A DNA stretch of 64,000 nt, from the NCBI RefSeq assembly GCF_009914755.1, contig NC_060941.1; one strand, given 5' to 3'. The position numbers and the translations under genes were made by a program. Numbering within the stretch: the stretch's first letter is position 1; each line of letters begins with the position of its first letter. The notes under the pieces are model-generated. The model was not told the DNA's origin and did not search any database. It saw nothing but the letters and a program-made list of their open reading frames with translations. Below are positions 32,977 to 44,943 of the stretch, piece by piece. This DNA comes from the human T2T-CHM13v2.0 reference genome, Homo sapiens.

Positions 32977-33897
32977 TTATTCTTAGGAGATGTATAGAAG
33001 AAATTAGGGTTGAAGTGCTATGAAATCTGCAGTTAACTCTCAAATTGTACAGAAAGAAAATTTATTAATGTTAAAAAATGTCAATATTCATAGATACACA
33101 TATATGTGGGGGCAGGTAGAAAGGGAGGGACACAGAGACAAAGAAAATATGGCAAAATGGTAACACCTGGTGATCACTGAACTATTCTTGCAACTCTGAA
33201 AAGTTTAAAAAATTTCAAAGGTATATTGTTTTTGAACTGCTCGGGAGGTTTAAATTTTTGAATTTTTAAAATAAGCAATCAATTGTGAGGAAGTCTGAGA
33301 AGCCACAGACTTAAGAGATAAGATGAAAAATAAGGAAAGTAGAATCACAGTAATAAGAGGAACAGAGTTTCAAAATGCTGTGGTCAGTCAGTAGCTTCAA
33401 TGCAAAAGAAAGTTAAATTAAGGACCAACTCAGTAAAGACAACTGGATTCAGCAACTGGGAAGTCAGTGATGACCTAGGGTACAGGAGCTGCATTGAAAT
33501 AGTAGAGTTGGGCCACGCGTGGCCCACATCTATAATCCAGCAGTTTGGGAGGCCGAGGTAGGTGGACCTCTTGAGGCCAGGAATTCAAGACCAGCCTAGC
33601 CAACATGGTGAAACCCCATCTCTACTAAAAATACAAAAATTAACCCGAGACAGTGGCGCACCCCTGTAATCCCAGCTACTCAGGGGCCTGAGGCATGAGA
33701 ACTGCTTGAACCTGGAAGGCAGAGGCTGCAGTGAGCTGAGATAGGGCCACTGCACTTCAGCCTGAGTGACAGGGGAAGACTCTGTCTAAAAAAACAAAAA
33801 ATAGGCCTGGCGTGGTGACTCATGCCTGTAATCCCAGCACTTTGGGAGGCCGAGGCAGGCGGATCACGAGGTCAGGAGATCGAGACCATCCTGGCTA

Positions 33898-34218
<321 letters not shown>

Positions 34219-34788
34219 TTAACTAGTTTTTGGTCTCTTCCACTAAAGGCATTGCCTGTTGAACCTTGTTAGGAATGTAAGTACTGAAGGCAAACTGCCT
34301 GGGTTTGAATTTTGTTCTGTCCCTTGCACCCTGCCTGGTTTCAAATCCTAGCTCTGCTTATTACGTTCTTTTAAGGGGATGACCTTTGAGCAAATGTCTT
34401 AGCTTCTGTTTTCCCCAGTAAATGGACACAATAGTTGCTACTTTGTGAAAGATTCATGTAATTGACCAGCGTTTACCAAGTAGCATCAGTGTTTAGTTTC
34501 AGTCATTGGTGATTCTGCAGTTGGACTGTGAGGGGGTATTGGGGTGGGGGGTGGTGTGTGTGTAGCACTTAATTGCAGGCAGGAAGGAAAAGATACTTTT
34601 GATAACCGACAGGCAGCTTTTCTCTGCTTTTGTGTCAAAAGGGAGGAAGGGAGTTTGGAGAGGGAAATGAATTCTCTGTAACACTAAGCTCTCTTCCTCA
34701 AAACCAGAGGTAGATAGAATGTGTAATAATTTACAGAATTTCTAGACTTCAACGATCTGATTTTTTAAATTTATTTTTATTTTTTCAG

Positions 34789-34895
34789 GTTGAGACTGAG
34801 CTAAAGTTAATCTGTGGCGACGTTCTGGATGTACTGGACAAACACCTCATTCCAGCAGCTACAACTGGCAAGTCCAAGGTTTTCTATCATGAAAT
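34789..34895 (+). pseudogene. Orphan YWHAE (14-3-3 epsilon) exon 3, unprocessed duplicate
   Basis: 107 nt, TTTTTCAG|...|[41 protein letters not shown] versus parent [36 protein letters not shown]. Confidence 0.92.
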
Positions 34896-37800
34896 GTAGG
34901 TTCTATACTAACAATTAACAAGTGTACTTCAATAAATTTAAACATTCTCAGGAATAGTTGACTTTGTTTCTTTTTTTCTTAGACATTTCATATTATTTTC
35001 CTTATTAAATATAACCAAAAATCCCACAGAAATTAACTGAGGAGCCTCTAAATATCAACAAAATTATCACTTGATAGACTAGAATTAAACAAGCAAGTGG
35101 TTCCAAGAAATGGCACGAGTGTATTAATCATAAAATAAAATTTCTACATGAAACATTCAGCCATTCTAGACCATTTCTGTCTGTGCAGACTCATCTTTTC
35201 CTGTTCTTTGCAAAGCCCAGCTAGAGCAAGCAAGTTCTTCCCAATAGGTTTTTCCCATCTCTGGTTGCTTGGCTGGCTGGGCTTCCTCTACAAACCCCCT
35301 TCCTTTCCCCTAAGCAGGGCCCGGTGTCCCCATCCCGCGGAGTTGACCTCATGAGGGCATCTGACCAGGAGTAGCTATTCCTGGTGCTATTGTCATTGTC
35401 CTGTTTCATGTGTGAACATGGCTGGCTCTACAGAGATTTGGCGGGTAGCAAGGAGGTTTCTTTTTGAATCTTCTTTTGGAAGTCAGACTTGATGAGGATC
35501 TTATGCCCACTTTTTCCTAGCTCTGTGGTGTCAGGCAAAGTCTGTTTCTGCAAATGGGGGTTAAGAATTCCTACCTCACAGCAGTCTTTTGATAATAAGA
35601 TCTTAAGTGTAAATTATTCCACTAGAAATTGCACAGTCACTTTGGTCTTCATCCTGGAGGTCCACTGACAAGCCTCATGCAAACCTGTGGCCCTGTTCAT
35701 AAAGTGTTTTGATCCATACTTTCAAATGGCCTCAGGAAGACCTTTTATAAAGTAAAAATGTTAGGCAGCCACATGATATCCATTGACCCAGTGAGGCTGT
35801 TTTACTGCATATAAGAGGTTTGACCCGGCATTTTGGGGGGCCGAGACAGGCAGATCACTTGAGGCCAGGAGCTGGAGACCTGCCTGGCCAACATGGAGAA
35901 ACCCCATCTCTATTAAAAATACCAAAAAAATTAGGTGGGCATGGTGGCACATGCCTGTAATCCCAGCTACTTGGGAGACTGAGGCACAAGAATCGCTTGA
36001 ACCCGGGAGTCAGAGGTTGCAGTGAGCCAAGCCGAGATGGCGCCACTGCACTCCAGCCTGGGCAACAGAGTGAGACTCTGTCTCAGGGGAAAAAAAAGGG
36101 TGAGGGGAGGGTTTGAAAAAATAGTAGCATGTAGTTATGTTTCTACAATATTTAATATATATAAGGATTTACCAACCTCTTGCATTAGCTGCTATCCCCT
36201 ACAGCAGTTGCTGTAGGAAAAAAACATCAAGTTCTGAGCTCCTACTGTTTGCCAGGCATATTCTGAGATGATCACGTTGAAATCTCAGAGTTACCCTGCA
36301 GAGTAGTCAGGGTATCACTGCCTGACAGATGAAGAAGCTGAGGCTTCCAGCAGTTAAATGACTTACCCCAGGCCACATAGAAAATGAGTGGGAGAGCCCA
36401 GGTCTGTCTGTGAGGTATAATGAAATTAGCATAAACCCTCCACATTGGCGCCACTTGCATAAATTAACATACATTCTCTCACAGAAAGTATTTTATTGGG
36501 CATAACAGTTTGTATCATTTACCGTTTAACATTAGCCGTGGATCTTCCCACATCACATGACTATGCCTCATTCTTTTTGGATAATATGATTACTATTGAA
36601 TGGATTTACTATCATTCACTTAATCAATACTCCTTTTGATGGCCATTTTAATTGTCTATTTTTTCCTTTTGCACAGATTGGTGTAATAAACCTGATTTTA
36701 TAGTAATATTTTTGTCTGCCTGTGAAAATGTTTGCTGGACAATAAATTCCTAGGAGTCAAATAAGGTCAAAGATTATAAATACAGTATTTATTTTCATAA
36801 ATATTACCAAGTCAGCCACAAATGTTTAAATTACTAATGGTTTCAGATTATTGTATTTAATGAGTAAACACTTTTATAGGGTTTACTTTTATGAACACTT
36901 TTATTTGCCAGATATCATTCTAAGTCCTTTACAAAATTAACTTTTTAAATTTGTAATATAACCCTGAGATGTATATTAGGATTATCCCCATTCTACAGAT
37001 AAGAACACTGAGAAGTTAATTAACTTGCCACATATCTAGGAAGTGACAAGGCTAGTTGCACAGCCAGGCAGTCTGGCTCCTGAGTCCACATTTTAGACAA
37101 CACTATACCTCCTGGTTCTTTTGAGGCATTACTGCTGGAACTATCCTAATACTCATAAATAAACATTTCTTTTGGGGAGGGCCAAATAAAATTTTAAACA
37201 GAAAAGTTTTCACCAACTGTCAAGCTCATAAAGTTGTACGTTATACACTTTTTTCATGATGCCCACAGATAATTTATTAATGATATCATCTATTTTAAAA
37301 GACGTATGTAAAACCCAACCCTTAAGAAAGGATTCCTATCACTGTTCCCACAGGCACCCTCCTCAGTCTTATACCTTTCCATTCCACCCCCCAAAACAAA
37401 TCATTCAGCATATTTATTTCATACTGTAATAGAGGAAGTAGCTTCTTTTTAGATTTTCTTAGATTATTAACATTGATCATACAAACATGGAATAGAAATT
37501 CCTTATGTTTTATCTGGATTTAAGGTGCTACATAATGGAATCTATTTCTATCAAGCCATACACATTGGAGATAATGAAATCACTTGTGTTCTAGCCTAAA
37601 CGTTATGGGAATTTCAGAACTGCAACATAACAGATAATCCTTGGACGAAAACTAAATCTCTCCTCTGGTCAGGCATCTATGTGCATCAGTGAAGAGAAGA
37701 CGGGGACTGTGGAAGGGAAAACAGTGAGTCAGGAAGGACTGTGGCCACATCTGTTCCCCGGACCCTCAAGTAGTTAAATCCTGACCTCCTCTACCCCAGA

Positions 37801-38372
37801 CTGTCCTGGGGAATGGCCAACACTGGCTTTTCACAACTGTGTGTTACCAGAAATGCAACAGAAACCCAGCTGAATCCCCAGGGTTTCCCTTCCGCCCTTC
37901 TCAATGGAAAGATCTGTCCCAGGACCATTTATTCCAACATTTTCAATTATGAGAAATCTGGGAAGATAAAGTTATTTTCACATTTCTCAAGAAATACATA
38001 CTTATTCATACTCATTACAGGAAAGTCAGAATCTACAGAAAACCAAGAAGATTTTTAAAAATCCATGATACCACCATCAAAAGAGCCACACTTAGTATGT
38101 TGGTCCACAGGTTTCCTAGCACCCTTTTCTGTTGGTGTATGCACAAAATACACAATCACATTCTGTCTACATTTTACAATTTGCCATTTTTTGATTAACA
38201 CTATATATTGACCAATTTTTAAGACCTGCAACATATGTCGACAACATTATTTCAAAATAATATATTTATAAATAAACGCACACACAAACTGTCTGTCTTA
38301 TATACAACACGTCTTACTTTCTAATTCTCCACTCTGGAAGATTTAGGTTTTCCTAACTTTTTAATATACTCA

Positions 38373-38593
38373 CCAGGAATCAGTAAACTTTTTTTATAAA
38401 AGGCCAAAGGGTAGATATTTTAAACTCTGCAGGCCATAGGTTTCTGTTGCAACACTCAACTCTGCTGTTGCAGGGAAAGAAGCCATACACAATTTGTAAA
38501 TGAATGGGCATGACTGTGTTCTGATAAACTTTACAAAAACAGGTGGTGGACTAGATGCAGCCTGCTCCTCTGGACATGGCTTACCAGCCCCTG
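38373..38593. mobile_element. MER58A-like hAT element
   Basis: CAGGAATCAGTAAACTTTT...AAAGGCCA...CTGTTGCAACACTCAACTCTGC...CCCCTG. Confidence 0.75.
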
Positions 38594-39039
38594 ACATATA
38601 CCACTACAGAGGATGCTGTTAGAATGAAATCTCTTTACACATCTCTGATCATCTCCTTAGGACTAATTGCTAGACATGACATCATGGTAGCTGTGGGTCA
38701 AAGGGCATGCACGCTCTGGGATGTACATTGCCAGATTGCTCATGATCAGCCTTTCTCATGTCAAAATGTTTTGTGACCACCAGAAGGCTGGTTCTGCTTT
38801 TATTATCCATTGACTGAGGAGTAGAAATGACATGGCATGTATGCAGGATATTTAACCATCGTATAGATAATCCTTGTGCACAAGTGCATTCTATATTCTT
38901 TCCCAATAGGTCTACATCTGCCAGAGTTGAAATAAAATAAAACAAAACAAACCTATTTAGCACCTTCTGTGTAGCAGGTCCATTCATGTATGTTGTTGTA
39001 TTTCATTCTCAGAATTCTTATGACCTAGGCATTTTAAAC

Positions 39040-40446
39040 ATTTTTTTAAAAATATTGAGTTGACAAGGATTGTGTATATTTAATGCATACAATGTGATGA
39101 TTTCATATATGTATATATTGTGTACTAATTATCACAATCAAATTTATTACATCCATTACCACCTATGCTGTACATTAAATCTCCAGAATTTGTTCATCTT
39201 ATAACTGAAAGTTTACACCCTTTGATTAATAGCTTCCCATTTTCCCCACCTCCAGCCCTTGGCAACCACCATTCTACTATCTGTTTTTATGAGTTTGACT
39301 CTCTTAGATCCCACATATAAGTGAGATCATACAAAACTTGTCTTTCGGTGTCTGGCTTATTTCACTTAGCGTAATGTCCTCCAGGTTTATCCAGGACAGG
39401 AGTTTCTTCTTTTGAATGGCTAATAGTCCATTGTTTATATGTATTTTATTTATCCATTCATCTGTTGCTGGACACTTAGGCTGTTTCCATATCTTGGGTA
39501 TTGTGAATAGTGTTGTAATAAACATGGGGCGCAGATCTCTCTTCAAGGTTCTAACCTGATTGCTGAATCGTATGGTAGTTCTGCTTCTAATTTTTTGAGG
39601 AACCTCCATACTGTTTTCTGTAAAGGTTATACCACTTTACATTCCAACCAACAGTGTACAAGGGTTCTCTTTCCTCTATGCTTTCGCCAACACTTGTTAT
39701 CTCTTGTCGTTTTTTTATAAGAGCCATCCTATCCTATGAGGCAATATCTCACTGTGGTTTTGATTTGCATTTCTCTGATGATTAGTGGTGTTGAGCACCT
39801 TTTCATATGCTGGCTGGCCATTTGTATATCTTCCTTGGGGAAAAAAGTCCATTGGGGTCCTTTGCCTATTTTTAATTGCGTTATTCATGTATTTATTAAT
39901 TTTTGCTATTGAATTGTGTGAATTCCTTATATTTTTTCAAATAACCCCTTATCAAATATATGGGTCGCAAATATTTTCTTCCATCCCGTAGGTTGCCTTT
40001 TCATTTTGTCATGGTTTCCTTTGCTGTGTAAAACCTTTTAAGATTGATGTAGTCCCATTTATTTATTTTCACTTTTGTTGCCTGTGCTTTGGTGTTACAT
40101 CAAAAAAAATATTGCCAATTATGACCAATGTCGAGGAGATTTTTCCCTATGTTTACTTCCAGGATTTACATGGTTTCAGATATTACATTTAAATCTTTAA
40201 TCCACTTTGAGCTAATTTTCTGTATATGATGTAAAACAAGTGTGCAATTTCATTCTTTTTCATGCACTTTCCCCAACACCATTCATTGAAGAGAGTTTCC
40301 TTTCTACATTGTGCCTTTTTTTTTTTTACAGTACAGTGAAAGCAAGTCTATTAAGAAAGTAAAGGAATAAAAGAATCTACATTGTATATCCTTGATGGCC
40401 TTGTCAAAGATCTGTTGACCATATATGCACGGGGTTATTTCTGGGT
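39040..40446 (-). mobile_element. L1MA-type 3' fragment
   Basis: ORF 39304-39609 contains [27 protein letters not shown] (L1 ORF2 C-terminus). Confidence 0.85.
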
Positions 40447-40461
40447 GAGCTTGGCATTTTT

Positions 40462-40768
<307 letters not shown>

Positions 40769-40862
40769 GAGCTTGGCATTTTTATCTACCTCATTCTACC
40801 GATGAGGAGGCCGAGTCTCAGAGAGTTCACAGACCTGCCTAAGGTCACTCAGCTAGAGGTGA

Positions 40863-42036
40863 TACAACCAGGGTTTGAACTGAGATCTGCCAAGCTTCTG
40901 AGTTTATTCTTTTTCCCCCACACCAAGGATCCTCAATTCTGCCTTACTGACATCAGGATCCGGTCAATTCTTTGTGATGGGGGCTGTCCTGCACCTGGCA
41001 GGATGTTTAGCAGCTTCTCTGGCCTCCACCCACTGGATGCCAGGGGAATGCAGAAGAGGCTTGTTCATTCTCCCATTTAATCCTCAGGACAATATCTGAC
41101 ATAAATGTTACGTCTTTTATTTTATAAATGAAGAAAATGAGACTCAGAAAGGTTTAAGTGAGTTACTTAAGAACACACAGACAGCAAAGGTAGAACTGGA
41201 AACCGAACACAGGTGTCCACATGGGACAACAAAAAAGTTCACGTTCCATCTTCTTTTGAGTCTCTCATTTCAATAATTACCATTGTGTGGATACGAGCTG
41301 AAGTACAGGAAACCTGGGGCTGAACTCTCCTCCCATCAGGCCTAGGAGCCCCAGACCAGAACCCCAGCCCAAGGTCTCCCAGTCAGGCCCGCTGGCGTGA
41401 GCTGGCATCTACACTAGCATGGTTTCCCAAAGCTGCAGGGATGCCAGTCTCGCCGCTGATGAAGAAAATGAAGGGCATTTGCTTCTCATGCAGGCTGTCG
41501 GGATTTAACACAGATTCCTTTTCTTGCTCTCTTCTCCCATAGCACAAAACTGGGTGGTCCATCCCCCTCCCAGTGTCCCAAGGCTTTGTTGCGTGTTCTC
41601 TTTAATTTCTCCCACTCTTGTGGTGTACCCTACCCTCATCTCCCTGGCAACCTTTCTGCTGTATCCTCTCGACACCTGGATCACAAGAACACTTGTGAGA
41701 CCCCTTAACAAGTTACATCCCAAATTATCATTCCCCTTTGTCCTCAGCCAGTGCTCAGGTCCAACTTGCTCTCCTGGGGTGACTTTCTTTCCTGCCCAAT
41801 ATGGTTTCATCATCTGTAAATTGGGGATAATTAAAGTCTTGATCCTGATATTTGACTCTCAAAGCAGAAGGAGCAAGCTCAGCCAAGTCACTTCAACAAG
41901 AGGAGAAGTTCCTTGTGAACCAAAAGGGCACTGGTCACAAGGGCCGCTCCTTCTTCTGTCAGGCCTCTCCAGCACGCCCTTGGCTCAGCCAAAGAAGAGA
42001 CTCAGGCTGTGCTTCTGCACTGTTGGGATAACATAG
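40863..42036 (+). repeat. ~1.17 kb direct duplication, copy A'
   Basis: Colinear with 6184-7353. Confidence 0.93.
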
Positions 42037-42137
42037 GCCTCTTCCATGTGGTTCCACACCAGGAACATGGGGACAATCAGACCTCTCCCAGTGTGGGCAT
42101 AAGGATACAAGATCATGTCAATATTGACATTCATAAT

Positions 42138-42440
42138 GGCTGGGCGCAGTGGCACACGCCTGTAATGCCAGCACTTTGGGAGGCTGAGGTGGGCAGATTG
42201 CTTGAACCCCAGAGTTCGAAACCAGCCTGGGCGACTTGGCAAAACCAGTCTCTACTGAAAATACAAACAATTGGCTGGGCTTGGTGGCGCACACCTGTAG
42301 TCTCAGCTACTTGGGAGGCTGAGGTGGGAGGATTGCTCAAACCCAGGGAGGTTGAGGCTTCAGTGAGCTATGATGGCACTGCTGTACTCCAACCTGGGCA
42401 ACAGAGTGAGGCCCTGTCTCAAAACAAAAACAAAGACAAA
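42138..42440 (+). mobile_element. AluJ-like element
   Basis: Diverged Alu dimer with A-rich tail. Confidence 0.85.
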
Positions 42441-42656
42441 ACAACATTCATAATAGTAGCAATAGCTACTATGTGCCAAGCCCAGGCACCTCTTTGAGTC
42501 TTTGCTGGCACTCTATCAGGTAAGCGTGCTTAGAAGTTACACGAAGCACACGGCTCAGTGTTTGGCCCATGGTAAGGGCCTAAAAAGGGATAGCCCCAGT
42601 GGTGGGGATGCTGCTGCTGCTGACCATTAACCCCAGTCTGCTCCACCTTCTTCCAG

Positions 42657-42789
42657 GCAGTCTGTGAGATGTTTCATGTCCGAGGCAAACAGCACATTCA
42701 GATCCCCAAGCTCTACACCTCCAGTGTGACCAGGCACCTGCACCACTTCAGGCTCATGCAGGACTCACAGCCTTTGGACCTCAGCTAAA
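42657..42789 (+). pseudogene. NOS2 exon 18 remnant
   Basis: After TTCTTCCAG| it reads [43 protein letters not shown] versus i[47 protein letters not shown]. Acceptor intact, donor lost. Confidence 0.92.
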
Positions 42790-43443
42790 GGACTTGCTTC
42801 TCTTCAGCACACGGGGCTTGTTTGTGTTGGGGTCTGAGCCCTGAGCCCATGGTCAAGGAGACCCCCAGGTCTTTCTGAACAGAGACAGCTGGCCTGGGGG
42901 CCTCCCTCTCACTGCGTGCAAGAGGCTGTTAGGGTGCAAGACTCAAGGCGCTGAGGGAGGCTGTTTCAGGAGGGAGCCCCAGGAGGGTGGTGGAGACAGA
43001 AGGGGGCAGCATCTGCCGAGGCCCTACTGTGTGCCTGGCACCGTGTGGGGTTTCTGGCCCATATGGGCTAAGTGACCCTGCACACTCCTCTTAGGAGAGA
43101 GGCTCAGATGGAGAAATTGCAGTTCAGGAAGGTGAAGCAAGCTGCTAGCCTGTGGCCATGTTGGGATCTGGGCCTCAGCCTTCCAGCCACGAAGGCAGCC
43201 AAGTGTCATGAAGAAGGCATCACAGAGGCAATTCCAGGCTGTAGTGGTGAACTTTCCACTCTGCATCCCCGGGTGCTGTGCCCTGTGCCCTGTCTAAGGT
43301 AGCCCTGTGGGTTTCTATATGTTTAAATTGTCCCCAGCATCAATGATGCTCTCCTGTGGATCCCAAGCCATGGAGATGTCCTGGGACTTTTCATTTTTAG
43401 GTACCTAAATTGAATTTCCCAACACACAGAAGCAAGACAGCCG

Positions 43444-43699
43444 CCCTAACAGACTCTTGCATGCAGTGAGAGGGAGGCCGCCAGGCCAGCTGTCTCTGTT
43501 CAGAAAGACCTGGGGGTCTCCTTGACCATGCGCTCAGGGCTCAGACCCCAACACAAACAAGCCCCGTGTGCTGAAGAGAAGCAGGTCCCTTAGCTGAGGT
43601 CCAAAGGCTGTGGGTCCTGCATGAGCCTGAAGTGGTGCACGTCCCTGGTCACATTGGAGGTGGAGAGCTTGGGGATCTGAATGTGCTGTTTGCCTTGGA
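43444..43699 (-). pseudogene. Inverted duplicate of most of the NOS2 exon 18 remnant plus downstream intron
   Basis: Reverse complement of 42679-42934, 12 mismatches in 256 bp by manual count and no indels. Reads [34 protein letters not shown]. Confidence 0.93.
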
Positions 43700-43878
43700 T
43701 CTTTATTTGTGATTCAGAAACAGTGGAATAAAAGGAAAGGAAAGAAAACCTGAATGGCCACCTCAGCAGGATGCTCCAAGGGTAGTGTCCAGGTGGCACT
43801 GACTCAGATATGTGGGGGCTTCCCCCACCCATGCTCAAGAGCCACTTTGCCATTTCACCATCTCTCTGTCCTCCACAC

Positions 43879-43955
43879 CCCTCAGCAGCAAGCACAACAA
43901 GAATGTGTTCACCATGAAGCTCAAATCTCAGCAGAATCTAGAGTCTGAAATCCAA
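43879..43955 (+). pseudogene. NOS2 exon 19 remnant
   Basis: [20 protein letters not shown] versus iNOS LSSMHAKNVFTMRLKSRQNL. Acceptor AG mutated to AC, small deletion near the 3' end, donor GTAAG retained at 43956. Confidence 0.88.
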
Positions 43956-44838
43956 GTAAGGGAAAGTGTAGAGCTTCTTGGATGATGCCCTGTCAATTTT
44001 ATTTTAACGAATGAAAGACCAGAAGAAGTCAGTCTTGAAAGGAGAGGACAGGAGCATCTGCTGGCATTAGCAGCCGTGCCATCGTAGGACCGACTCACCT
44101 GGACCCGCGGCCACCTGTGCTTTTACATCTAGTCTTGGTTAACCATGGGCCACTTTTCCAGCTTGGAAACTAAGCATATGCTCCACTTCCTCTCCTTCCT
44201 CATTGAACTCTTTCACTAAAAGAACAGTGCAAGAGAGACTTAAACTGTTTGCCTCATTCTTAAGACCTTTCAGGAAAAGTGTTGGCAGGGAAGGAAATCT
44301 CCCAGCTCTGGGAAACAGTCTTGTGGATTATCTGCTGGTTTCATTGATCTGTGCTGTCCTCCCTGCATTCATTAGGAAAACTGGCCTTGGTTCAAATAAG
44401 AACAGGATTTGTCCTGGTGACAGAGAAAGGTTTCTTCTGATGTCCATATATCTCCGAGGGGGATGCTTTCTCCAGGCAGAGGCTGTGGCCAAGCGATCGG
44501 GGGGCTCAGAGGGCTGCTGGGAAGGGGTGGGCCCCTCTCTCCCCAGAGGGAAACTCCTGGGGACCTCTCGAGCACCCCTGCCCATCCTTTAAACATAAAT
44601 TCATAAATACAAACAAGTAGGCCATTCACAGAAATATATAAAATATGTCATAGGACGGGTGGCACTCTCATATGGCAATAATTATGACAGGGGCCGGCAA
44701 ATGACCTGCGTGACCCGGAGTGGCCTGAGCACTGACTCCCAAATGCCCTCCATAGGATGTTCTGCATCCCCGAGACCCTTTCCTGGGTCCTCCTGGGCCC
44801 TACCACCCCCTAGACCATCCAGACCTCAGGTCATCCCC

Positions 44839-44943
44839 CTGTCTGTTGACAGAGTAGTCTCCGTTCCTGAATGTGCTGGTCACCAGCAACAGCAGCTGCT
44901 CCTCCTCCGGGAAGCTCAGCCTATACTTCTACATGCAGAGAAC
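44839..44943 (-). pseudogene. NOS2 exon 15 remnant, mirror copy in the right arm
   Basis: Reverse complement of 5709-5813. Confidence 0.88.

Noticed and set aside
35225-35245. 12-mer resembling RPS6KB1 WEEL on the minus strand
   Set aside because: No extension or splice sites; likely chance
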